Counted from the stretch's first letter, positions 29,018-37,252 are shown. The stretch is 64,000 bases of DNA from Clostridia bacterium (GCA_900768075.1 CAAGBN010000068.1:10827-74826); one strand, 5' to 3'. Translations and numbers: made by a program. The notes: a model not told the origin generated them from the letters alone.

Positions 29018-29137
29018 AGTTTCTGCAAGAGGTGGGTTGCGGCTCCATGAAATCGCGAAGCGATTTCCGAGGAGCGCGCAGCGCTCCTCGTGCCGAATTT
29101 CATTCGGCAATGGAGCCGCCTGCCAGCCGCCACCTCA
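29018..29137 (+). repeat. GC-rich four-way-junction repeat, family C, copy C1
   Basis: Closing helix 29039-29048/29110-29119. Three perfect hairpins: 29050-29066, 29068-29090 and 29092-29108. Outer helix 29029-29035/29130-29136. Homologous to 46681-46785 and, inverted, to 61421-61542. Confidence 0.8.
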
Positions 29138-29938
29138 GACTTTATATATAAACATCACAAACTCTGTGGTTATGTCCATTCCCTCAATACCGCTGAGCTT
29201 TGTCTTATCCTCGTCCTTGGTGTGATAGTAGTAGGGGGTCATCTTAAACAGTGAGTCTATATCATCACTGCTTTCAAGATGTACCTTTGCAGTGATTTTT
29301 CTCTTTTCGATGAGGGTGAGATTTTCAGTTTCGGGCGGTTGCTCGTCATTTTTATAAGGGGTTTCATAAAGAAGCTCCTTAAGCTCAAAAAGGTGATTTT
29401 CGCCTGCAACAACGCTGATAATATAACCACCGTTTTTGGTGATACGGCTGAATTCTTTCTCGTGAAAAGGTGCGAAAAGGTGAAGGGAAATATCAACGCT
29501 CTTGTCCTTGACGGGAATTCTTGCAAGATTGCCTACGAAATAGGTTATGCCGTTTTTGCGCTTGGCAGCAAGTCGCACCATCTCTTTTGAAAGGTCGAAG
29601 CCAAGCATATGACAATCAATTTCGCCTTTGATTCTGTCGCCGTAATAACCCTCGCCACAGCAGATATCGGCTATGGTGGGACGCGTTATAGCTGTTTCTT
29701 TGATAAAAGCTGTAAGTCCGCCGACAAGGGCATCGAAATAACCCTGGGTGAGAAAATTACGGCGGTTGACAGCCATATCCTTATTGTCACCGATTAAGCT
29801 ACCTTTTTTATGTGAGGATGTCAGCAGATTGACATATCTCTCCTTAGCTTTGTCAAAGCAGTGACCCTTAGGGCAGATATAGCTTTTATCAGTTTGGGTA
29901 AGAAGCTCACCGCATACGGGGCAAATTATTTCTATCAT
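29135..29938 (-). CDS. 23S rRNA (guanine-N1)-methyltransferase RlmA-like
   Basis: N-terminal Zn-ribbon (CPVCGELL...CPKGHCFD) followed by a SAM-MTase fold (DICCGEGYY). Confidence 0.75.
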   Translation of the reverse strand: MIEIICPVCGELLTQTDKSYICPKGHCFDKAKERYVNLLTSSHKKGSLIGDNKDMAVNRRNFLTQGYFDALVGGLTAFIKETAITRPTIADICCGEGYYGDRIKGEIDCHMLGFDLSKEMVRLAAKRKNGITYFVGNLARIPVKDKSVDISLHLFAPFHEKEFSRITKNGGYIISVVAGENHLFELKELLYETPYKNDEQPPETENLTLIEKRKITAKVHLESSDDIDSLFKMTPYYYHTKDEDKTKLSGIEGMDITTEFVMFIYKV

Positions 29939-30022
29939 TTCAATTACCTCTTTATTGAAAAAACTTTTTCTGTGTGATATTATATATAAAGTTCAGGATT
30001 TAGTCAATGAGCAGGTGAAACT

Positions 30023-30517
30023 ATGGCAAAAGATAAACAGATAAAAACCAACGCTATGCGCATTCTTGATAAAAGTAAGATACCCTATAAGGTCAATTAC
30101 TACGATTGCGATGAATTTATAGATGGCATACATATAGCTGATAAGCTTAAGCAAAGCTATGATAAAAGCTTCAAGACTCTTGTTGCTGTCGGCAAAAGCA
30201 AGGAGCATTATGTTTTCTGTCTCCCTGTTGATAAAGAGGTTGACCTTAAGAAAGCGGCAAGGTCAGTAGGGGAGAAGAGTGTTGAGCTTCTGCACGTGAA
30301 GGACATTAAGGCTGTCACAGGCTATATCAGAGGCGGATGTACTCCTATCGGTATGAAAAAGCGGTTTAAAACAGTTATTCACGAGAGTATATTGGATTAT
30401 GATGAAATAATCATCAGCGGCGGTGCATTGGGTATTCAGATTTTTATATCTCCAAAGGGACTTATCCAATGTGTAGGTGCTGAAACTCACGATATAATTT
30501 TTAGGGAAAATTCTTGA
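30023..30517 (+). CDS. ybaK: Cys-tRNA(Pro)/Cys-tRNA(Cys) deacylase YbaK
   Basis: KTNAMRILD..., GYIRGGCTPIGMKK and ISGGALG motifs. Confidence 0.85.
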   Translation: MAKDKQIKTNAMRILDKSKIPYKVNYYDCDEFIDGIHIADKLKQSYDKSFKTLVAVGKSKEHYVFCLPVDKEVDLKKAARSVGEKSVELLHVKDIKAVTGYIRGGCTPIGMKKRFKTVIHESILDYDEIIISGGALGIQIFISPKGLIQCVGAETHDIIFRENS

Positions 30518-30542
30518 ATTTTCCTTACAGTTGGTATATAAT
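30514..30542 (+). promoter_or_regulatory. Near-consensus sigma-A promoter of the mini-gene
   Basis: TTGAAT (overlaps the ybaK stop), 17-nt spacer, TATAAT. Confidence 0.55.
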
Positions 30543-30571
30543 TGAGTTATCAATATTAGGAGGAAAATAAT

Positions 30572-30694
30572 ATGAACGATTTTTGGACAGCATTTGAAGA
30601 ATTCTTCTGGAAGATGTGGAATGAGCTTTATAAGTATCTTTGTGAAGTTTTCGGCACAGAAGTAAACGAAGATTGGTTTGCTCCTCTCGACTGA
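30572..30694 (+). CDS. Candidate 40-aa small protein (MNDFWTAFEEFFWKMWNELYKYLCEVFGTEVNEDWFAPLD)
   Basis: Not in the ORF track because it is under 60 aa. TAGGAGGA RBS 7 nt upstream of the ATG. Has its own promoter and terminator. Acidic and rich in aromatic residues. Confidence 0.4.
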   Translation: MNDFWTAFEEFFWKMWNELYKYLCEVFGTEVNEDWFAPLD

Positions 30695-30711
30695 GATGAA
30701 TAGAAACAAAC

Positions 30712-30738
30712 GGCTGTCTTGTGGCAGCCTTTTGATTT
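30712..30738 (+). terminator. Intrinsic terminator after the mini-gene, upstream of rimM
   Basis: ggctgtc / ggcagcc (one G-U pair), loop ttgt, then ttttgattt. Confidence 0.6.
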
Positions 30739-30759
30739 ATATATGAAAGGTAACAGCTT

Positions 30760-31275
30760 ATGATAAAAGATTATCTTGAAATCGGCAAAATCACATCTAC
30801 TCACGGTATAAAGGGTGAAATGAGAGTTCAGCCCTGGTGTGACACTCCCGAATTTATGAAGAAGTTCAAAACTCTTTATCTTGACAAAAAAGGCGAGAAG
30901 CCTCTTAAGGTATCCTGTCGCCCTAACGGCAATATGGTTATTATGAAGGCTCAGGGTATTGATACCATCGAAGAAGCCTCAAGATACAGAGAAAAAGTGC
31001 TTTATATGAAGAGAAGCGACGCTCAGCTTCCCGAGGGCACCTGGTTCATTCAGGAGCTTATAGACTGCACGGTTGTTGATGCAGATGACGAGAGCAAGGT
31101 TTACGGTATACTCAGCGATGTGTCCGAAACAGGTGCTAACGATGTCTGGCACATAAAGCAGGGTGAAAAGGAATATCTTATTCCCTCTATACCGAGTGTT
31201 GTCATCAGCACAGATGTAGTTGAGGGTATTATTAAAATTCGCCCTCTGAAAGGAATTTTCGACGATGAGAATTGA
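30760..31275 (+). CDS. rimM: 16S rRNA processing protein RimM
   Basis: LEIGKITSTHGIKGEMRV PRC-barrel family signature. Overlaps trmD. Confidence 0.9.
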   Translation: MIKDYLEIGKITSTHGIKGEMRVQPWCDTPEFMKKFKTLYLDKKGEKPLKVSCRPNGNMVIMKAQGIDTIEEASRYREKVLYMKRSDAQLPEGTWFIQELIDCTVVDADDESKVYGILSDVSETGANDVWHIKQGEKEYLIPSIPSVVISTDVVEGIIKIRPLKGIFDDEN

Positions 31276-32029
31276 CATACTTACTCTTTTTCCTGAAATG
31301 TGTGAGGGAGTTCTCGGCGAAAGCATTATAGGCAGAAGCCGTCAGGCAGGCCTTGTGGAAATCAACTGCCGACAGATAAGAGACTACACTCTTGACAAGC
31401 ACAAAAGAGTTGACGATACACCTTACGGCGGCGGTATGGGTATGATTATGCAGGTTCAGCCCATATATGACTGCTACATGAGTCTTTGCGATGAAATCGG
31501 CAAGAGACCTCATCTGATATTTATGTCGCCTCAGGGCAAGACTCTGACTCAGAAAAGAGTGCGTGAGCTTGCACAGATGGAAAATGTGGCAATCCTTTGC
31601 GGTCACTACGAGGGTATAGATGAACGAGTAATAGAAGAAATCGTTGACGAGGAAATATCTATCGGTGACTATGTGCTTACAGGAGGTGAGCTTCCTGCTC
31701 TTGTTCTTGCAGACAGTATTTCACGTATGCTTCCCGGTGTACTGCCAAATGAGGAGGCTTTCAGCGATGAGAGCCATTACAGCTCACTTTTAGAGCATCC
31801 GCAGTATACAAGACCTTATGAGTGGCACGGACAGACTGTTCCTGATATACTGTTATCGGGGCACCATGCCAACATCTGCAAGTGGAAGAGAGAGCAAAGC
31901 CTTATGAGAACTTATCTTCGCAGACCTGATATGCTTTCAAAGGCTCAGCTTGAAAAGAAGGATATAGAGTTCCTCAGACGATTTAAAGCTGACCTTAAGG
32001 CAAATGAGAAAAAAGAAGGCGAAGAATAA
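31265..32029 (+). CDS. trmD: tRNA (guanine37-N1)-methyltransferase
   Basis: MRIDILTLFPEM..., DDTPYGGGMGM and GHYEGIDERV motifs. Confidence 0.95.
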   Translation: MRIDILTLFPEMCEGVLGESIIGRSRQAGLVEINCRQIRDYTLDKHKRVDDTPYGGGMGMIMQVQPIYDCYMSLCDEIGKRPHLIFMSPQGKTLTQKRVRELAQMENVAILCGHYEGIDERVIEEIVDEEISIGDYVLTGGELPALVLADSISRMLPGVLPNEEAFSDESHYSSLLEHPQYTRPYEWHGQTVPDILLSGHHANICKWKREQSLMRTYLRRPDMLSKAQLEKKDIEFLRRFKADLKANEKKEGEE

Positions 32030-32265
32030 GAGTTTTAATATACAACTGTATTTTAAAGTGAAATGTCTTTATGCACATTGACTTGAACGACAAAATTTTT
32101 ATAGTTATTTTGCACAAAAACAGCCTTTATTTTTTGTCGATGTTTAGGCTTGCAAACAAAAAGTTTTAAAGTAGGTTTTAACCATTGACGAAGAAAAGAT
32201 TTGTGGTATAATATATTAAAAATTAATCAGGTGATAACCAAATCTAATTTGTGGGAGATATTGAT

Positions 32266-32529
32266 ATGTTTGTTAAAGATGTAAAAGTTCAGAATCAGGT
32301 TGGCCTTCACGCTCGTCCTGCAACATTCTTCATCCAGAAAGCTAACGAATTCAAGTCATCAATCTGGGTTGAAAAGGAAGAAAGAAGAGTAAACGCTAAG
32401 AGCTTACTCGGTGTTCTTTCACTTGGCATTATGGGCGGTACAGACATCCGTATCATCGCCGGCGGTCCCGACGAAGAGCAGGCTGTTGAAGAGCTTGTAA
32501 GACTCGTTGAGTCAGGCTTCACAGAATAA
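32266..32529 (+). CDS. ptsH: Phosphocarrier protein HPr
   Basis: GLHARPA (His15) and KSLLGVLSLG (Ser46) motifs. ATG 32266 is preferred over the GTG at 32251. Confidence 0.9.
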   Translation: MFVKDVKVQNQVGLHARPATFFIQKANEFKSSIWVEKEERRVNAKSLLGVLSLGIMGGTDIRIIAGGPDEEQAVEELVRLVESGFTE

Positions 32530-32541
32530 GAAACCTAATTC

Positions 32542-32575
32542 TGCACACTCTGAAAAGGGTGTGCATTTTACTTTA
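32542..32575 (+). terminator. Intrinsic terminator of ptsH
   Basis: tgcacac / gtgtgca stem followed by ttttacttt. Confidence 0.6.
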
Positions 32576-32585
32576 TATAAACAAC

Positions 32586-32619
32586 AAAACCGACAGGAGA
32601 CTGTCGGTTTTACTTTTAT
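32586..32619. terminator. Bidirectional terminator
   Basis: aaaaccgacag / ctgtcggtttt, loop gaga, with T-runs on both strands. Confidence 0.7.
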
Positions 32620-33032
32620 TCCTTACCGCTGATTATGCATCTTATCAGACAGGCTGTTTCCGTCAGTGTCAGGAAAAATGAAAGCAAGAGAAGACCTGTG
32701 ATAACAGCACCGATAAGACTTGTTGCAGCAAACTCAACGGCAAGAAGCACTACTGCAAAAAATACAGTTGCAATTATAGCAGACAACAATACCGTTATAA
32801 TGCTTTTTATACAGCAGGGAAACTTGTTATCACAGCAGTTGACGGATGCTGAAGAAACAAGAATAACTGCAAGGTAAACCACTGCAATACCGAAAACGGT
32901 CCACAAAAATGCGGGTGTAACTGTTATTGCGGCTGTGATTCTGAGAAAAGCGGCAATGATACCTGCCACTGCACTGATGATAACGGCAACGGTTGTGCAA
33001 GTGCCTTTGCAGGAACAATCGGATGTTGACAT
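32616..33032 (-). CDS. Cysteine-rich four-TM membrane protein, unknown function
   Basis: Start taken at ATG 33032 behind GGGAGGTG. N-terminal CSCKGTC, central CCDNKFPCC, C-terminal CLIRC. Four hydrophobic helices. Confidence 0.55.
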   Translation of the reverse strand: MSTSDCSCKGTCTTVAVIISAVAGIIAAFLRITAAITVTPAFLWTVFGIAVVYLAVILVSSASVNCCDNKFPCCIKSIITVLLSAIIATVFFAVVLLAVEFAATSLIGAVITGLLLLSFFLTLTETACLIRCIISGKE

Positions 33033-33118
33033 ATATTTCACCTCCCGTTTCATTGTATGAATAAACAAAGAGAATGGTGAAAGTAAAACAGCCTCCCGAA
33101 AAGGGAGACTGTAGTAAG

Positions 33119-33646
33119 TCAGATATTTGATTTGCTTTGCAGCTTGAGCATAACAGAGCTTAATGGCTTATAGAGTAAGAGCATAAGCACAAAATTGCCT
33201 GCACAGTGGGCTATATCCCAGGGTATGCCTGACACCCACCAACCAAAAGCAATACTCAGACCGCTTTGCAAATCGGTACCCGTAAACAGGTAGGGTATAG
33301 CGCACAACGCTCCGAAGCTCAGACCGAAAACTGCCGATACTGTTGCCCAGGTGACAGCACTGTCGTTTTTATGCATTATTCTCGTTACAAGCACTAACAA
33401 GGGCCATACATAAAGATATGATATCCACCAAAGGTTGAAGCCGAAAATTACGCCCTCAATAAGGGTGAAAACAGGCACAACCCAATAGACCTTTTTGCCG
33501 AAGTTTTTTGAGAAAAGTATCAGCCAGAATGAGGTCAGCTCAATATTCGGCAGACCCATCATAGCAAACTTGAAAACCTCGATTACTGCAACCATAAGGG
33601 CCACAAGAGCAACATCAAAAGCATTTGCACTGTTTTTACGGTTCAT
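33119..33646 (-). CDS. ECF-transporter S-component-like membrane protein (candidate cobalamin-specific)
   Basis: About 6 TM helices over 175 aa, which is S-component-like. Coupled by a TAATG overlap to the DUF4430-like gene and lies under the B12 riboswitch. Confidence 0.5.
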   Translation of the reverse strand: MNRKNSANAFDVALVALMVAVIEVFKFAMMGLPNIELTSFWLILFSKNFGKKVYWVVPVFTLIEGVIFGFNLWWISYLYVWPLLVLVTRIMHKNDSAVTWATVSAVFGLSFGALCAIPYLFTGTDLQSGLSIAFGWWVSGIPWDIAHCAGNFVLMLLLYKPLSSVMLKLQSKSNI

Positions 33647-34044
33647 TATTCAGCTAAGGTGTAAACTATACTGAAAGCATCTCCATCTTCAACGGGCTGC
33701 TGAGATACACCGTAATTGCAGTATTCACCGTTAACGAAGAAGCGCCAATAGGCACCGTCAAGAGTGTAATCAGCTCTGACACCGTTGATTGTGCTGACGG
33801 ATAAGCCGTAAATTCCCTCTTCGCCCTCGAAGGTGAGTCCGTCAGCCTCTTGCATTGCGCCAATAAGGTACTCAGCGTCAGTGTTTACCTCATAAACCGA
33901 TGATGTGCCGTCTATTGTAACAACCTCGATAGAAACGCTTTTTTCGCCCTCAACAGCCTTTTCGCTGAAGGTGACATAAGCAAATGCCATAGCTGCCACA
34001 AGAACAACAAGAAGCACAAGGCCCAATATTTTTTTGCCTTTCAT
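33646..34044 (-). CDS. DUF4430-like (transcobalamin beta-domain-like) secreted protein
   Basis: Signal/anchor helix followed by ...WRFFVNGEYCNYGVSQQPVEDGDAFSIVY, which is typical of DUF4430. ATG 34044 lies behind AAAGGAGGA. Confidence 0.6.
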   Translation of the reverse strand: MKGKKILGLVLLVVLVAAMAFAYVTFSEKAVEGEKSVSIEVVTIDGTSSVYEVNTDAEYLIGAMQEADGLTFEGEEGIYGLSVSTINGVRADYTLDGAYWRFFVNGEYCNYGVSQQPVEDGDAFSIVYTLAE

Positions 34045-34094
34045 GTTACACATCCTCCTTTCTTTAATAGTCATAAGTGCATAAAGATTGCGGG

Positions 34095-34347
34095 ACTTAC
34101 GACTTAAAGAAGGATGTCGTTTTGCTTAAGCCGATTACTCGCGGCTCCACAATATCATCAAAGGCAGGTCTTCTGACTCAGCTATCAATGCCTTGCTTCG
34201 TCTTCTCGGCCTTCACCAATGACTGTGCTTTTGCACCTGAAGCAAGACTCCTGCATTACAGCGACGAGTTCGTGAGGGATTTTCACCCTTCTTCCCTTTT
34301 CACCGGATATATAAATTTATCCGACACCTTAGATGTTTATTCACTTG
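34095..34347 (-). promoter_or_regulatory. Cobalamin riboswitch
   Basis: On the minus strand: GGGAAGAAGGGTGAAAATCCC (plus 34276-34297) and B12 box AGTCAGAAGACCTGCC (plus 34163-34178). ccttctttaa can pair with the RBS region, which suggests translational control. Confidence 0.8.
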
Positions 34348-34353
34348 GGACTT

Positions 34354-34382
34354 ATTATACTGCCACAGAGTTTTTTTGTCAA
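34354..34382 (-). promoter_or_regulatory. Sigma-A promoter of the riboswitch operon
   Basis: Minus strand: TTGACA, 17-nt spacer, TATAAT. Confidence 0.65.
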
Positions 34383-34397
34383 TAAAAGAGTTAAGTA

Positions 34398-34430
34398 CAA
34401 ATAAAAAGGAAGAACCTTCATTCTTCCTTT
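34398..34430 (-). terminator. Intrinsic terminator of the GH-like gene
   Basis: aaggaagaa / ttcttcctt stem with a T-run on the minus strand. Confidence 0.7.
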
Positions 34431-34437
34431 TGTGCTG

Positions 34438-35937
34438 TTACCAGCTGTATTTGATTTCTTCACCGTCAATGAGCCATCTCTCGGGTGTTTTTGTTTCGTA
34501 AATATCAAGAGGCTTTATGGTGTGTGTCTCATTAAAGGTTTTGTATGCTTTCTTAAGATCAGATTTCTGCTGAGCATCTATCTCATTTGTGCAGGAAACA
34601 AACAAGGGAGTGTTACTGTAAGAGAGAAGATGAAGCCACTGCTTGTTTTTCTCCCAAGGGATATTCTGCTTGAGTATACCTACACAGTCAGCGTCACACA
34701 TATAGAAGATTTCATTCTGAGCGAGTCTGAAAGCCAGAGTGTTTACGCCCATTTTTTTAGTTCTGTCCCATTCTACACCGCTTGTATCGTCGCCTGTTCT
34801 TGAGATATGCACAAGACCTGCAGACAGATGTGAGATGGTATTACAGCCGATAATAAGCATATCTCCTGCCGCATCAAGAATGAGTCTGTAAAAATCAAGG
34901 ACAATTTCAGCATTGGTTTTGGTCTTATCGTAAAAATGCCAACCGTCAATTTTTGTGATAGTGTCAGATAAGCTTCCACCGTAGTCGCCGAAAAGGTCAG
35001 CGGTGGAAAAATCGTGTTTGAGCAGCTCATAGCCCCAATCTCTTATTCTCTCCACGTCAGCTCTGATATATTGCTGTACTGCGGGATGTGTGGGGTCAAG
35101 ATAGTTTCTTCTGCCTTTTCTGAGAATTCTCATATTTCTCTTTATGGCTCTGTCCTTATTGCGAAGAAGTCTCACCCATATACCGGGTCTTGCGCCGAGC
35201 TGTTTAATCTCATCTGCAAGCTTTGCCATATCCTTGAATTTTCTGTTTGGCTTCCATGGGCCACAGCATTTTTTAGGCTGCCAACAGTCGTCGATAACCT
35301 GAAAAGGCTTATTATCAATACCCTCAGCAAGCTCCACCTGAAGCTTAGCGTCGGAGATTATCTGCTGATAATTGCTCTTGCCGTAGGCATAATACCAGTT
35401 GTTGCCACCGTAAACTCTCTCTTTCGGGAGTATAGGGGAGTCGCACATCTTTTTGCAGAAGTCTCTGAGATTTTCGAAGATTTCACTGTTTTGGTACGCG
35501 CTTGAGACAAAGGTGCAAAGGTGAAGCTTTCTCCCGCCGAGATGAACACCGTTGCCTCCGTTTCTGCAGTCAATGAGGGCAGTGAGACCTGTTTTATCAT
35601 ATCTGAAGCTGATAAAGGAGTTAGGCTGAGTCTTTACACCAAGGCAGAATGATGTTTCTTTGTCTGTGGCTATAAAATACCAGGGCATAGCTCTGCTGTT
35701 ATCAGCAAGGCTTCTGAATCCGAGATTGCCGTAGCTTCTTTCCCAATCATCACCGAGAACGAGGATATTGTCACTTGTATCAGCCTGCCAACGAAGCTTT
35801 ATGAATTTAGGCTTATCGGCAGTTGCACTTATGAATAAATCAAATTCGTTTTCTCTTTTTTCTGTTTCTATAACAGTGTCGGTTGCTGCACCGTCACAGA
35901 TTATTTCAGCAGCGAAGCTGTTTATATCAAAAATCAT
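34438..35937 (-). CDS. Clan GH-D (GH27/GH36-like) alpha-galactosidase-type glycoside hydrolase
   Basis: VIDDCWQ resembles the DDCW substrate-binding motif of GH27. LLKHDF and RTGDD are candidate catalytic Asp segments. No signal peptide. Confidence 0.5.
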   Translation of the reverse strand: MIFDINSFAAEIICDGAATDTVIETEKRENEFDLFISATADKPKFIKLRWQADTSDNILVLGDDWERSYGNLGFRSLADNSRAMPWYFIATDKETSFCLGVKTQPNSFISFRYDKTGLTALIDCRNGGNGVHLGGRKLHLCTFVSSAYQNSEIFENLRDFCKKMCDSPILPKERVYGGNNWYYAYGKSNYQQIISDAKLQVELAEGIDNKPFQVIDDCWQPKKCCGPWKPNRKFKDMAKLADEIKQLGARPGIWVRLLRNKDRAIKRNMRILRKGRRNYLDPTHPAVQQYIRADVERIRDWGYELLKHDFSTADLFGDYGGSLSDTITKIDGWHFYDKTKTNAEIVLDFYRLILDAAGDMLIIGCNTISHLSAGLVHISRTGDDTSGVEWDRTKKMGVNTLAFRLAQNEIFYMCDADCVGILKQNIPWEKNKQWLHLLSYSNTPLFVSCTNEIDAQQKSDLKKAYKTFNETHTIKPLDIYETKTPERWLIDGEEIKYSW

Positions 35938-36037
35938 AATAGCACCTCGGTTGCTTTATTTTCTCTTTTGCTCATATTATCATAAATGGTGAAAATTGTA
36001 AATATATCAGATGATAATAACTGATTTTAACCAAAGA

Positions 36038-36065
36038 AAAAACCGCCGATTCGCCGACGGTTTTA
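36038..36065 (-). terminator. Intrinsic terminator of the DUF3048 gene
   Basis: aaccgccg / cgacggtt (one mismatch) with a T-run on the minus strand. Confidence 0.55.
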
Positions 36066-36073
36066 TTTTTATA

Positions 36074-37153
36074 TTACTGTGCTGCGGGGTCGCCCTTGAT
36101 AGTTGTAAGGCCGTTGCCGATAACACCTATGTAGCTCTTACCTGTGTTGACCTTAAGCTCTGTGCCGTCTTCTGCGAAGAACTGAATGTTACTGTCTTCG
36201 CTGGACTTGATCCAGGTGATTTTCTGAGCCTTGCCTCTTGAAATGTAATAACCTTCGCCACCGCTCCAGTCGATTTCCATAAGTGAACCGCCCTTATAGT
36301 TGTGCACGTCAGTTTCAAGAACAAAGACGTTTGTGAAGTTGAGTTGCTTGTCAGCGGCAGTGTCCATATGAGCGTTGCCACAGTGAGTTTTGTAATAAGT
36401 CTTTGTCTTAGCGTTATAAGTGAAGGTGCTGTAATATGACTTGGAGTAGTCGAGTCTTATATCCTTTGCATCAATTGTGCCTGCAGCCTTGGGAGCATCC
36501 TCATCTCTGAAGTTGAAGGCAAGGAAGTCTTTGCCATAGCGTGAGTCTGTTCTCACTGACTTTTCTTTAAGAAGAGAGGGGATATTCTTACCGTCAACAT
36601 AAGCTGTGTGTTCACGGCTGTATTTCTGAAGTCTTTCGCTGTCTCTGCCGAATACATTTGAATTGCCCATTTCATTACCGTCAAAATAGTCGATGCCGAT
36701 ACGCTGAAGAGTGGGTGTTGCAAGGCTCTTGTTACTGCCGTAGCAGAGATAAACCGCATCATATCCGTGAGCAAAAATGGGGAAATAGTAACGACAGCTT
36801 CTGATAGAGCATACCTTGGGTACCTTGGTATAATCGCTGTAAAGAGCCATCATTCTTGTGATACCGCCCTCAACGAGCATCTCATAGATGATATCAGCCT
36901 TATATATGCCGTACTGAGGGAGAGAAGCCTTGATATTGTTAATCATAACAGCAACGGGTCTGTTGCCTGCAGATGCCTCAGATACACCTGAGATACCTGT
37001 GAGAGGATTATAATATATAGGTGCAGGTGCCTGGGTTGTTGTAGGCTCGGTGGTTGTTGTGGTCTCTTCCTTGGCAGGGCCTATGCAACCTGTGAGCACA
37101 AAGGTGAGGCTTAAGAGTAAAATGATTGTGGTTATAAAATATCTTTTCTTCAT
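36074..37153 (-). CDS. DUF3048 (YerB-like) lipoprotein
   Basis: Lipobox VLTGC, Thr/Pro linker, and RPVAVMINN...GITRMMALY typical of DUF3048. Confidence 0.75.
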   Translation of the reverse strand: MKKRYFITTIILLLSLTFVLTGCIGPAKEETTTTTEPTTTQAPAPIYYNPLTGISGVSEASAGNRPVAVMINNIKASLPQYGIYKADIIYEMLVEGGITRMMALYSDYTKVPKVCSIRSCRYYFPIFAHGYDAVYLCYGSNKSLATPTLQRIGIDYFDGNEMGNSNVFGRDSERLQKYSREHTAYVDGKNIPSLLKEKSVRTDSRYGKDFLAFNFRDEDAPKAAGTIDAKDIRLDYSKSYYSTFTYNAKTKTYYKTHCGNAHMDTAADKQLNFTNVFVLETDVHNYKGGSLMEIDWSGGEGYYISRGKAQKITWIKSSEDSNIQFFAEDGTELKVNTGKSYIGVIGNGLTTIKGDPAAQ

Positions 37154-37252
37154 ATTCAGTATCCTTTCCGCAGTGGAGCTTTACTGAAAACAGTATATCA
37201 CTTTCCGGTGTTTTTTTCAACAAAAAATCCGATATTTAGATAAAGTTTTTAA

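Noticed and set aside
29037-29225. 62-aa ORF starting inside family C copy 1
   Set aside because: It is generated by the GC-rich palindromes and then runs antisense into the rlmA-like gene. The equivalent frames are not open in copies 2 and 3.
34077-34385. 102-aa plus-strand ORF
   Set aside because: It overlaps the minus-strand cobalamin riboswitch and its promoter. It has no RBS and an unusual composition.
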